The notes: a model not told the origin generated them from the letters alone. Positions 8,458-17,767 are shown, numbered from the stretch's first letter. The stretch: 32,000 bases of DNA from Candidatus Electrothrix yaqonensis (GCA_047651235.1 CP178758.1:180001-212000), one strand, 5' to 3'. Program-made: numbers and translations.

Positions 8458-10068
8458 ATGCCTTCGACAGATATACTGGTTATCGGCAGCGGCGTGGCCG
8501 GTCTGTCGTTTGCCCTCAAAGTATCGGCATTCGCCCGTGTCACTCTGGTCACCAAAAAACAGAGTGCGGATACAGCAACCAACCTTGCTCAGGGAGGGAT
8601 TGCTGCCGTCCTCTCTGAAGATGATTGTACGGAAAATCATCTTCAGGATACCCTGATTTCAGGCGACGGCCTCTGTAACCGGGACATTGTCCGGACAGTG
8701 GTTGAGGAAGGGCCTGCACGGGTCCGTGAGCTGATCAGTTTCGGCGTCCAGTTTCAGCACGGAAAGGCCGGAGAAGAATTTGATCTCGGCATGGAAGGAG
8801 GCCACTCCGCCCGACGAGTTGCCCATGCAAGGGATATGACCGGACGGGAGATTGAACGCGCATTGCTGGCCCGGGCTCAGGCCGAGGAACGAATAGAAAT
8901 TCTGGAAGACCATATGGTCATTGACCTGCTGGTAGAATCCAGAGTCACAGGGGGGCCGGCAGAGCATGACCGCTGCATCGGGGCCTATGTGCTCAATCGG
9001 GCAACCGGTGAGGTCGAAACTTGGCAGGCAGGGGTTACTGTTTTATGCAGCGGCGGCAGCGGCAAGGTCTATCTGTACACCACCAATCCGGATATTGCTA
9101 CTGGAGACGGGGTCGTCATGGCCTATCGGGCCGGGGCCAGGGTGGTTGATCTGGAGTTTGTCCAGTTCCATCCGACCTGTTTTTACAACTCCAAAGCAAA
9201 GAACTTCCTTATTTCCGAAGCAGTGCGGGGAGAGGGCGGTATCCTGATCAATGAACAGGGCACGCCGTTTATGCAGCAGTACGATGACCGGGGAGATCTG
9301 GCTACCAGAGATGCAGTTGCCCGGGGTATTGATGCGGAAATGAAGAAAAGCGGCGCCGACTGTGTCTATCTGGATATAACCCATAAGGACCGGGCGTTTC
9401 TTGCACAGCGCTTCCCGACGATCTATACGACCTGCAGGAAATACGGAGTTGATATCAGCCATGAACCCATTCCGGTCGTTCCGGCAGCCCATTACATGTG
9501 CGGCGGTGTGCTGACGGATCAATGGGGACGCAGCTCAGTGAACAATCTGCTGGCCCTTGGCGAAACCGCCTGTACCGGTCTGCACGGGGCAAACCGGCTG
9601 GCCAGCAATTCGCTGCTGGAGGCGGTTGTCTTTGCCCACAGGGCAGCGCAACGGGTGAAGAAAAGTTGGACAGAAATTCAGGAGCAGCCGCGCTGTGCTG
9701 TCCGGGACTGGCGGACCGGTCGTGCCCGGTCCATTGAGGAAAATGTCCTGATCAGTCATAACTGGGATCAGGTGCGGCGGCTGATGTGGAATTATGTCGG
9801 CATTGTCCGTACCAGAAAGCGGCTCCAGCTTGTTGAACGGCGGATGCGTCCGATCCTCATTGAAACCAAAGAGCATTTTTATGATTATCTGCTGACGCCT
9901 GATCTGATTGAGCTGCGCAACATCGTGATCATGGCTGACCTGATTATCCGGAGCGCATCTCTGCGCAGGGAATCACGGGGCCTGCATTATCTGGTTGATT
10001 ACCCGGAAAGGGATGACGTGCTTTTCGGTACTGATACTGTCCTGCAGAAGGGCAGGGCGGACGGATGA
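8458..10068 (+). CDS. nadB: L-aspartate oxidase
   Basis: 536 aa from the ATG at 8458 (GGGGAGAG SD); the track ORF starts at 8284 but that extension has no homology-like features. It has the FAD motif VIGSGVAGLS, plus AQGGIAA, HYMCGGV, and the RESRGLHY tail typical of NadB/fumarate-reductase flavoproteins. Confidence 0.92.
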   Translation: MPSTDILVIGSGVAGLSFALKVSAFARVTLVTKKQSADTATNLAQGGIAAVLSEDDCTENHLQDTLISGDGLCNRDIVRTVVEEGPARVRELISFGVQFQHGKAGEEFDLGMEGGHSARRVAHARDMTGREIERALLARAQAEERIEILEDHMVIDLLVESRVTGGPAEHDRCIGAYVLNRATGEVETWQAGVTVLCSGGSGKVYLYTTNPDIATGDGVVMAYRAGARVVDLEFVQFHPTCFYNSKAKNFLISEAVRGEGGILINEQGTPFMQQYDDRGDLATRDAVARGIDAEMKKSGADCVYLDITHKDRAFLAQRFPTIYTTCRKYGVDISHEPIPVVPAAHYMCGGVLTDQWGRSSVNNLLALGETACTGLHGANRLASNSLLEAVVFAHRAAQRVKKSWTEIQEQPRCAVRDWRTGRARSIEENVLISHNWDQVRRLMWNYVGIVRTRKRLQLVERRMRPILIETKEHFYDYLLTPDLIELRNIVIMADLIIRSASLRRESRGLHYLVDYPERDDVLFGTDTVLQKGRADG

Positions 10069-10193
10069 CGCACAGCCCGGTATCTTTTTCCCGCACTTCC
10101 TCACGCTCTTTTTCTCCTGCCTCCTAAGACCCGCCCGATGGGCGGTGCATCAGAAAAACGCTGCAAATAATTCACTTTTTTAAAATCAGCAGA

Positions 10194-10209
10194 GCGCAAT
10201 ATATAGTGT
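10194..10209 (+). promoter_or_regulatory. NrdR-box-like palindrome 1 upstream of nrdJ
   Basis: gcgCAATATATAGtgt matches the published NrdR box consensus acaCwAtATaTwGtgt at 14/16 positions. Confidence 0.55.
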
Positions 10210-10225
10210 CTTTTAACTTGAGATA

Positions 10226-10241
10226 ACTCTACATATTGTGT
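10226..10241 (+). promoter_or_regulatory. NrdR-box-like palindrome 2 upstream of nrdJ, lying in a candidate promoter spacer
   Basis: actCTACATATTGtgt matches the consensus at 14/16. It starts 32 bp after box 1, the usual tandem spacing. It is flanked by TTGAGA (10218-10223) and TATAAG (10242-10247), a possible -35/-10 pair with an 18-nt spacer. A TATAAT also occurs at 10284-10289. Confidence 0.55.
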
Positions 10242-10344
10242 TATAAGTAATTGTCGGCTCTTTTTCAGGTACAGCTTCTCTCGTATAATCAGCAGCAGTA
10301 TTCGCGACCGAATCCACGGTCATCACGCAAGGAAGGGAAACAAA

Positions 10345-13300
10345 ATGGGTAGAAATATAAGCATGAATATTCCGCAGCAGCTCCTGACGGAAACTGCGGA
10401 AACCGTACTGGCACGTCGTTATTATCTCAAGGACGGCAACGGCACTGTCCTGGAAAATTGGGAAACGCTCTGTCGGCGGGTTGCGGATGCCGTTGCAGAA
10501 GTGGACAGCGACCAGGAAGATTATCCTGCTCTGCGGGAGGCTTTCTTTGAGATAATCTGCCAGCTCGATTTTCTGCCCAACTCTCCCTGTCTCATGAATG
10601 CGGGCACTGATCTGGGGCAGCTTTCCGCCTGTTTTGTTCTGCCGGTGGAGGATTCTATGGACGGCATTTTCACCTCCATCCGCAACGGCGCTCTGGTGCA
10701 TAAAACCGGCGGCGGCACAGGATATTCCTTTTCCCGCCTCCGCCCCAAAAACTCGGCTGTCCGTTCCACTCAGGGGGTTGCGTCCGGGCCGCTCAGTTTT
10801 GCTGCGGTTTTTGATGCAGCCACCGAGACCATCAAGCAGGGAGGCAAACGGCGGGGGGCAAATATGGGCGTACTGCGGGTTGATCATCCGGATATCCTCG
10901 ATTTCATCACGGCAAAAGAAGACCAGACCCGGTTCACTAATTTCAATTTTTCCGTGGCCATCACCGATACCTTTATGGAGGCGGTGAAGAACAATCAGGA
11001 GTACGATTTGATTGATCCTTCGGAAAACAAGGTGGTAAATTCGCTTAATGCGACCAAGGTCTTTGAAAAAATTATTGATCTTGCCTGGCATAACGGTGAG
11101 CCGGGTGTGCTGTTTATTGATGCGGCCAACCGGGTCAATGCCACACCCCAGCTTGGTGACTTTGAGGCGACGAATCCATGTGTCACCGGAGATACTTGGG
11201 TAATGACCGGGCAGGGACCGCGTCAAGTTGATGAGCTGATCGGTCATCAATGTAAACTGACTGTCAACGGCGAGCCTTGGAATTCTTCAGAAAAAGGCTT
11301 CTTTACGACCGGAACAAAAGAAATCTTTACTCTGCGGACCAATGAAGGCTTCATGCTGAAACTCACTGCCGATCATCCGGTCCGCAAGGTAGTGCGGAAG
11401 ACCCGCTGGGTCCTGGAAAGTGATTGGCTTGAAGCAGGTGAACTGGCAGCCGGTGACGAAATTCTGCTCCATGATCACAGGAGTCTGACCAGTTGGCCCG
11501 GACAGGGCACAGAGGAAGAGGGCTATCTGCTCGGCCTGCTGCTGGGAGACGGTACTCTGAAGCCGGAAGCAGCTGTATTAAGTGTCTGGACCGCTCAGGC
11601 AGTAAACGGCGGAGAGCAACCCGGACCGCTTGCGATTATGCAGGAGGTAGAACGCTGCTGTGCAGTCGCTCTGACACATCGGGCCGATTTCAGCGGTTTT
11701 CATGCCGTCACTGGACGCGATGAATGGCGGCTGCAGTCTGCTCCGCTGCGAGACCTATCCCTGTCTCTGGGAATGGCTCCACAGAACAAGGTTATTACTC
11801 CGGCTGTTGAGCAGACTTCCTCATCGTTTCATCAGGGATTTCTCCGGGGACTTTTTGATGCGGACGGTTCAGTGCAGGGAGAACAACGTAAAGGGGTTTC
11901 CGTTCGTTTGGCACAGAGCTGCCGGGATACGTTAGAAGCAGTGCAGCGGATGTTGCTCAGGCTCGGCATTGTTTCCAATCTGTTTGTCCGTCGGGCACCA
12001 GGAATGAAAGAACTGCCGGACGGACGAGGCGGCAGCAAGAAATATCCTGTGAAAGAGCAGTTCGAGCTGATCATTAGTCGGGAAAATCTGCTTACTTTTG
12101 CGGATCGGGTCGGCTTCAGTGATACGGAAAAACAGGCAAAACTCCAGGTACTGCTTGCCTCTTTCAAGCGTTCACTCAACCGGGAACGCTTTACCGTCCG
12201 GGTGGAATCCGTTGAGTCAGCAGGTATGGAGCAAGTATATGATGTGCAGGTTCCGGGCATCAATGCCTTTGACGCCAATGGATTCTATGTGCATAACTGC
12301 GGAGAGCAGTGGCTTTTACCCTATGAATCCTGCAACTTAGGTTCAATTAATCTGGGGCATTATGTGCAGGATAAAAAGGTCGATTTTGAACGGTTAGACA
12401 AAACAGTTAAAACAGCAGTCCGGTTCCTTGATAATGTTATTGACTGCAACCGGTTTCCGATTCCTGAAATCGGGGAAATGACCCTGAAAACCCGCAAGAT
12501 CGGTCTCGGCGTGATGGGGCTGCACGATATGCTTATTCAGATGGAACTGGCCTATGGAAGCGAGGAGGGCAGGGAAGCCTCAGCAGAGGTGATGCGCTTT
12601 ATCCGTGACCAGGCAGAGGCTGCGTCTGTCGATCTTGCTAAGCTGAAAGGGCCGTTTCCGGCCTATGATCCGGAGGTCAATCAGTATCCGGCCCGCCGCA
12701 ATGCTGCCCTGACTTCCATCCAGCCCACCGGAACCGTCTCCATGATTGCTGACTGCGCCTCCGGCTGTGAACCGTATTTTTCCGTGGTGATGGAAAAAAA
12801 TGTGATGGACGGCGACAAGTTTCTGATGGTGAATAAACATTTTGAAGCTGTTGCTCGGCAGGAGGGATTTTTTTCCGAAGCCCTGATGAAAAAAGTCGCA
12901 CAGAGCGGCACAGTAGTGGGGCATAACGAAATTCCGAAGAAGTGGCAGAATATCTTCTGTACTGCTCAGGATATCGCCCCGGAGGAACATATCTGGATGC
13001 AGGGCGCCCTGCAGGTCAACGGCGTGGATGCCTCCATCAGCAAGACCATCAATCTGCCCGCTTCGGCCACCAAAGAGGATGTCCGGTTCTCCTATATGCT
13101 CGGCTTTGAACTGGGCTGCAAGGGCCTGACCGTCTACCGGGACGGTTCCCGTGATGCCCAGGTCCTCAATACGGTGGGCACAGACAATAAAAACACAAAG
13201 ACGGCCACGGTCTCCGGCCAGGGCATCCTGCACAAAACCGAGCTGCCTGATGTCCTTAATGCCAAACGGTACCGCCTGAAGGACGCCAATGGCAATACCA

Positions 13301-13653
13301 TTTATATTATTGTCTGTTTTGCTGAGAATGAAACCCCGATGGAGGTCTTTGCCAAATTTCCCTTTGACAACCGGGTTGACCTGAAAGATAAGTCCACCAT
13401 GTGGACAACCACCTGCCGGCTGGTGTCTCTGGCCCTGCGTTACCAGATCCCGATGGAGGAGGTGATCAAGCAGCTTGACCGCTCCAGCGGACATATGCTT
13501 GACTTACCCGCTCAATTGGGTAAACTACTCAAGTCATTCATGGCAGGAACCCGGAACGGATTTTCTTCTGCCTGCCCGGAATGTTCCGGAAAACTGGTTT
13601 TCGAGGAAGGCTGTGAGGCCTGCCGGGAATGCGGCTACTCCAAATGTTCCTGA
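10345..13653 (+). CDS. nrdJ: Adenosylcobalamin-dependent (class II) ribonucleoside reductase, interrupted by an intein
   Basis: 1102-aa ORF. The extein carries class II RNR motifs: ...EATNP|CGEQWLLPYESCNLGSINL once the intein is removed, plus SIQPTGT, SKTINLP and GCKGLTVYRDGSR. The C-terminal Cys-rich tail (CPECSG...CEACRECG) is typical of many NrdJ proteins. The SD is AAGGAAGGGA. Confidence 0.95.
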   Translation: MGRNISMNIPQQLLTETAETVLARRYYLKDGNGTVLENWETLCRRVADAVAEVDSDQEDYPALREAFFEIICQLDFLPNSPCLMNAGTDLGQLSACFVLPVEDSMDGIFTSIRNGALVHKTGGGTGYSFSRLRPKNSAVRSTQGVASGPLSFAAVFDAATETIKQGGKRRGANMGVLRVDHPDILDFITAKEDQTRFTNFNFSVAITDTFMEAVKNNQEYDLIDPSENKVVNSLNATKVFEKIIDLAWHNGEPGVLFIDAANRVNATPQLGDFEATNPCVTGDTWVMTGQGPRQVDELIGHQCKLTVNGEPWNSSEKGFFTTGTKEIFTLRTNEGFMLKLTADHPVRKVVRKTRWVLESDWLEAGELAAGDEILLHDHRSLTSWPGQGTEEEGYLLGLLLGDGTLKPEAAVLSVWTAQAVNGGEQPGPLAIMQEVERCCAVALTHRADFSGFHAVTGRDEWRLQSAPLRDLSLSLGMAPQNKVITPAVEQTSSSFHQGFLRGLFDADGSVQGEQRKGVSVRLAQSCRDTLEAVQRMLLRLGIVSNLFVRRAPGMKELPDGRGGSKKYPVKEQFELIISRENLLTFADRVGFSDTEKQAKLQVLLASFKRSLNRERFTVRVESVESAGMEQVYDVQVPGINAFDANGFYVHNCGEQWLLPYESCNLGSINLGHYVQDKKVDFERLDKTVKTAVRFLDNVIDCNRFPIPEIGEMTLKTRKIGLGVMGLHDMLIQMELAYGSEEGREASAEVMRFIRDQAEAASVDLAKLKGPFPAYDPEVNQYPARRNAALTSIQPTGTVSMIADCASGCEPYFSVVMEKNVMDGDKFLMVNKHFEAVARQEGFFSEALMKKVAQSGTVVGHNEIPKKWQNIFCTAQDIAPEEHIWMQGALQVNGVDASISKTINLPASATKEDVRFSYMLGFELGCKGLTVYRDGSRDAQVLNTVGTDNKNTKTATVSGQGILHKTELPDVLNAKRYRLKDANGNTIYIIVCFAENETPMEVFAKFPFDNRVDLKDKSTMWTTTCRLVSLALRYQIPMEEVIKQLDRSSGHMLDLPAQLGKLLKSFMAGTRNGFSSACPECSGKLVFEEGCEACRECGYSKCS
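11179..12297 (+). mobile_element. Full-length intein (373 aa) with a LAGLIDADG homing-endonuclease domain, inserted in nrdJ
   Basis: It starts with Cys (CVTGDTWV, block A) and has TxxH (LTADHP, block B). It has two LAGLIDADG motifs (GYLLGLLLGDGTL and FLRGLFDADGSV) and ends ...FYVHN, followed by the +1 Cys of CGEQ. In-frame removal restores the NPCGEQ motif. Confidence 0.9.
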
Positions 13654-13688
13654 CAAACTGCAGTACAAACTGTACCTGAGCTGGAAAC

Positions 13689-14210
13689 GTGCCGAAGATA
13701 CAACGCAATCAATCATGTCCCTGCGGATCAGGCAGAAAATACAAGCATTGCTGCCTGATGCACCAGCAGGCAGGACGTCCTCTTTCTCCCATGCAGCAGA
13801 TGAAGGTCTCGTTGCTGGGAGAGATTGCCAAAATTCAGCGGGCCGCAGCTGACTGCAGAACCAGAGTGTATGAACTTGGGGTTTTTATTTTCTTCAGTAT
13901 GGAAAACGGTGATGCCTGGGTGCTGGAAATCACGGACTGCGATGCGGTTCGGGTTGCCGCAGCCGGTCAGCCCCTCAGACCGCCGGTCAGTGAAGACAGT
14001 GAGCGGATTGAGGTGGACTGGAGCCACGGTTTTGCCCTGCAGGAACGAAAATTTTTTCTGACCGACTACAAAGACGGGACGGAAACAGAAGTTGCTGCCG
14101 CCCCGACTCCGCAGATCAGCGCAGCCATGCGCAGAATTATCAGACAATATCCCCCGGAACTGCTGAACAGAGTGCATCTGCGAAACGAAGAAAAGTTTCC
14201 TTCCGCCTAA
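13689..14210 (+). CDS. SEC-C-motif (SecA-type metal-binding) domain protein, function unknown
   Basis: 173 aa from the GTG at 13689. The N-terminus KIQRNQSCPCGSGRKYKHCC matches the SEC-C motif (CPCGSGKKYKKCC). I do not recognise the rest. Confidence 0.6.
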   Translation: MPKIQRNQSCPCGSGRKYKHCCLMHQQAGRPLSPMQQMKVSLLGEIAKIQRAAADCRTRVYELGVFIFFSMENGDAWVLEITDCDAVRVAAAGQPLRPPVSEDSERIEVDWSHGFALQERKFFLTDYKDGTETEVAAAPTPQISAAMRRIIRQYPPELLNRVHLRNEEKFPSA

Positions 14211-14339
14211 CGTGCTGTTTTCTTCCCTGCATAGTCGCTCTGATCGCTCTGTTCTGTCCTCGGCAGTAACCTGCCGAAATACGCTTTTCCGGCTTCTTTT
14301 TCTTCCAGCCTTTCCCTGTATCGACCTCAGTTGGCAGAT

Positions 14340-15008
14340 ATGCATTTTGTAAAAAAAACAGCCTTGTTTTTCGTGCTGTGTACTGCAGGTATTATTTTAC
14401 ATGGCATGACAATACCTGATGGATACGGAGCAGATCGGTCCCTGACAGTATCCGTTCATTCCCATATTGCAGCGACGATGGCAGCAACAATGGCAAAGAT
14501 GCAGCAGAGCAGGACCCTGAACAACGCCACCTGCGGTCGGAGGTGGAAGTTGCCTCTTGCCGAGATCCACGGCAAGATCAAAAAGGTGGAATACAGAATA
14601 CAGCCGGGCACGGAAAGAAAGGGCCTGCATATTGATGTAGAGACGGCTCCTCGACAATACACGGTTGTTCATGTCTATCCGGAAAGGCTGACAGCGCAGT
14701 GTCCGACAATGTTCCATTTTAGCCCGGGTGATGTCGTTACTGTTGTCGGTTCCGCATTTTTCGCTGGCATAGGAGGGAGCCAGCGGAATATCTGTGCGGC
14801 AACGGTTACACAGAGATCTGACCGGCTGGAATTACGGGATACTGTTACTGGTGCCCTTGAACAGCAGGTCTGCTGCCGGGAGATATGCCGTAAGCAATGC
14901 ACAGGTCTGCCCTTTGTATGCAGCAGGATGTGTATGGGGAACTGTCAGAACATGATAACAGCTGTGTCCCAACCGGTTGACGCTGTTTCTACCTCCGACC
15001 CCAGGTGA
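14340..15008 (+). CDS. Hypothetical secreted protein with a Cys-rich C-terminal tail
   Basis: The ATG at 14340 (track start is TTG at 14331) gives MHFVKKTALFFVLCTAGIIL, which is signal-peptide-like. The tail CCREICRKQCTGLPFVCSRMCMGNC contains 8 Cys within a 25-aa stretch. No family recognised. Confidence 0.45.
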   Translation: MHFVKKTALFFVLCTAGIILHGMTIPDGYGADRSLTVSVHSHIAATMAATMAKMQQSRTLNNATCGRRWKLPLAEIHGKIKKVEYRIQPGTERKGLHIDVETAPRQYTVVHVYPERLTAQCPTMFHFSPGDVVTVVGSAFFAGIGGSQRNICAATVTQRSDRLELRDTVTGALEQQVCCREICRKQCTGLPFVCSRMCMGNCQNMITAVSQPVDAVSTSDPR

Positions 15009-15069
15009 TGGGCTTGACATATCCGTCGGTCCGTAAGCGGATGATCTCCGATTATGTCACCTGGCGATA

Positions 15070-15999
15070 CTATTCCATCGCCAGGGCAATAAGCCGGTCC
15101 AGCAAAACGGCAAATTCAAGCCCGGCCTGAGCTGCAGCCTGGGGCAGCAGGCTGGTCGGCGTCATGCCGGGGATGGTGTTGGTTTCCAGGAGAAAAATCT
15201 CGCCGTCTTCCCGGACAATCATATCCGTACGGCTGTAGCCCCGCAGCTGCAGGGCCCTGTGAGCAGTCAGGCCGTACTGCTGCGCCTTGTCCCGGATGCT
15301 GTCGTCCACCTCTGCCGGACAGACTTCCCGTGTCGCACCGGGCCGGTACTTGGCCTCATAATCAAAGAAGTCGTATTTTTTATCCGGAATGACCTCCACG
15401 AGCGGCAGGGGCATCAGTTCATCATTGCCGATAACCCCGACGGTGATTTCCCGACCCTGAACAAACTCCTCCACCATAACACGGCTATCGTGCTGAAAAG
15501 CAGTAGCAAGGGCTGGAGAGAGTTGGTCCGCCTGCCGGACAATGGACATCCCCAGGGAGGAACCCTGCCGGACAGGCTTGATCACCAGAGGCAGACTGAG
15601 CTTAGCCAGCAGAGGAGCCGGATCGGCGATGTGTTCCTTGTCTGCCATTTCCCAGCCTGCAATCGGCAGGCCGTGCAGCCGGTACATGGTTTTGGCCAGA
15701 TTTTTATCCATTGCCAGGGCGCTGCCCAGCACCCCGGCACCCTGATAGGGAATGCCCAGCAGTTCCAGCATACCCTGGACTGTGCCGTCTTCGCCGTGGA
15801 TGCCGTGCAGAAGAATAAAGGCGGCATCCAGCTGGTCCGCATCCGCAGCAAGCCGGGCAAGATCAGTGGCCGGATCGTAGCGTTGTACTTCGTATTTTTC
15901 TTTGCTCAGGGCCTGTTCCACCTCTGCAGCGCCCTTCAGGGAAACTTCGCGTTCTCCGGAAGTCCCGCCAGCAATCAAGGCCAGTCGTATTTTATTCAT
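15070..15999 (-). CDS. ddl: D-alanine--D-alanine ligase
   Basis: 309 aa. It has MNKIRLALIAGGTSGEREVSL, HGxxGEDG (LHGIHGEDGTVQG), an ATP-grasp core, and the LLETNTIPGMT C-terminal motif. Confidence 0.92.
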   Translation of the reverse strand: MNKIRLALIAGGTSGEREVSLKGAAEVEQALSKEKYEVQRYDPATDLARLAADADQLDAAFILLHGIHGEDGTVQGMLELLGIPYQGAGVLGSALAMDKNLAKTMYRLHGLPIAGWEMADKEHIADPAPLLAKLSLPLVIKPVRQGSSLGMSIVRQADQLSPALATAFQHDSRVMVEEFVQGREITVGVIGNDELMPLPLVEVIPDKKYDFFDYEAKYRPGATREVCPAEVDDSIRDKAQQYGLTAHRALQLRGYSRTDMIVREDGEIFLLETNTIPGMTPTSLLPQAAAQAGLEFAVLLDRLIALAME

Positions 16000-16054
16000 G
16001 GCGTTTTTTTCTGTTGCGTCTGTTGGTTAAGCAGCCCGATTTCCGGTCTGCAGG

Positions 16055-17767
16055 CTACCGGATATACCCCTGCTCCTCAAGATAGAGAAAGATTTCCTGT
16101 ACAGCCTCAGCCGGTGTCAGCTTGGAGGTGTCAATCATGATCTCCGGATTGCTCGGCGGAATATACGGGTCTGAAATGCCGGTGACCCCCTTGACCAGAC
16201 CGGACCGCGCCTTTTTGTACAGGCCCTTGCGGTCGCGCAGCTCGCAGACTTCCAGCGGGGTGGCGACATGGACTTCAATATAGCCGCCGTACCGGCTGAT
16301 CAGCCGCCGATTTTCATTACGAGACTCCTCATACGGCGCAATGGGTGCACACAGGGCGATGCCGCCATTTTTGGTGATTTCACTGGCCACAAACCCGATC
16401 CGGGTTACATTCAGATTCCGGTGTTCCTTGGAAAAGGTCAGCTCGGAAGACAGGTTTTTACGGACAATGTCGCCGTCCAGCAGGGTAACGGGCCGGTCCC
16501 GCATCTCCATAAAACGGACCATCAGCACCTTGGCAATGGTGGATTTTCCGGACCCGGACAGACCGGTGAGAAAAATGGTAAAGCCCTGTCTGGAGCGGGG
16601 AGGAAAGGAATGACGCAGTTCATCCACCACATTGGGAAAGGAAAACCATTCCGGGATCTCAAGGCCCTGTTCCAGGCGTCTTTTCAGCTCTTTTGAACTG
16701 ATGTTTTTGACCTGTGCATCCGGAACATCGGAGAGATAAACATAGCTGGCCTTTTCCTCCACATATCCCATAGCCTGCTCAGGAATCATTTCAATGCCGG
16801 TCTCTTCTGCCAGCGAATCGACAAGCTGCTGCCCTTCGCCTGAAGGATAAAACAACGGAACATCCGTGCCTGCAAAAGGGTCACCGTGGTCAGTTGCCAC
16901 CATAAAATGGCTGCAGCCGTAATTCTTGCGGATCAGGGCATGCCAAAGGGCTTCCCTCGGTCCGGCGTGGCGTTCCGCCAGAGGAATGATACCGAGCTGG
17001 ATCATATTGGCGGGAAAATGCCGGACAAATTCCTGATAGCAGTGCACATGGGTGTAATGCTCCATATTGCCCGGATGTTCCAGTCCGACCACCGGCTGGA
17101 GAAAAACCGAGGCCCCGGCCTCCCGCGCTGCAGCCAGCACCATTTCCCGATGGGCGCAGTGCAGGTATTCCTTGGTGTGAAAACCGAGCACCCGGCGCCA
17201 GCCGTATTGGAGAAAACGCCGGTTAGTTTCAGTCGGCGTCAGGCGGAGATCGCAGAAATCGTAATGGATCGGCAGGGTCACGCCCTCCACCATGCCGCTG
17301 ATATACCATTCGCTGACCTCGGTGAACAGGGTCTGTACACCGGGATGGCGGTCCACATCGGCCGTGCCGTAGACTGCTTCGGCCTCGGCCTTTTTATCCG
17401 ACTGCCAGATATCGCCCACGGTCAGGATGGCCAGCAGAAATCCCTCCTGATCATTCAGGGCGATCTGCTGTCCGGACTGTACCTTGGCGGCAAACCCTTC
17501 ATCAACATCCAGACAGACCGGAATCGGCCAGACCGTGCCGTCTGCCAGGCGCATGTGGCGCAGCACGTTTTCATAGTCATCCCGGCCCATAAAACCGGAT
17601 AAGGGGTAAAAGGCCCGGTTCAGCAGCAGTTCAAGATCACAGAGCTGGCGCCTGTTCAGGTCCAGTGACGGCAGCTGCACAGCCTCGGCCCGCAGCTGCT
17701 CGGCCCGGCGGAAATGGACAATCAGACTTTCTGAATAGGAGGACAACGATACAGAGTTATTTTTCAT
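16055..17767 (-). CDS. cysC: Two-domain protein: N-terminal ATP-sulfurylase-like domain (catalytic motifs substituted) fused to a C-terminal adenylylsulfate (APS) kinase
   Basis: 570 aa. The C-terminal ~180 aa have the intact APS-kinase P-loop FLTGLSGSGKSTIA and LLDGDIVRKNL. The N-terminal ~390 aa align to ATP sulfurylase (PUA-like plus catalytic fold, GPREALWHALIRKNYG). However, QTRNPxHRAH reads HTKEYLHCAH and GRDHAG reads ATDHGD. Confidence 0.85.
   Translation of the reverse strand: MKNNSVSLSSYSESLIVHFRRAEQLRAEAVQLPSLDLNRRQLCDLELLLNRAFYPLSGFMGRDDYENVLRHMRLADGTVWPIPVCLDVDEGFAAKVQSGQQIALNDQEGFLLAILTVGDIWQSDKKAEAEAVYGTADVDRHPGVQTLFTEVSEWYISGMVEGVTLPIHYDFCDLRLTPTETNRRFLQYGWRRVLGFHTKEYLHCAHREMVLAAAREAGASVFLQPVVGLEHPGNMEHYTHVHCYQEFVRHFPANMIQLGIIPLAERHAGPREALWHALIRKNYGCSHFMVATDHGDPFAGTDVPLFYPSGEGQQLVDSLAEETGIEMIPEQAMGYVEEKASYVYLSDVPDAQVKNISSKELKRRLEQGLEIPEWFSFPNVVDELRHSFPPRSRQGFTIFLTGLSGSGKSTIAKVLMVRFMEMRDRPVTLLDGDIVRKNLSSELTFSKEHRNLNVTRIGFVASEITKNGGIALCAPIAPYEESRNENRRLISRYGGYIEVHVATPLEVCELRDRKGLYKKARSGLVKGVTGISDPYIPPSNPEIMIDTSKLTPAEAVQEIFLYLEEQGYIR

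Noticed and set aside
10131-10145. A hairpin CCGCCC-gat-GGGCGG after nadB, considered as a terminator.
   Set aside because: No T-tract follows on either strand, and the stem is short. This is not enough for a terminator call.
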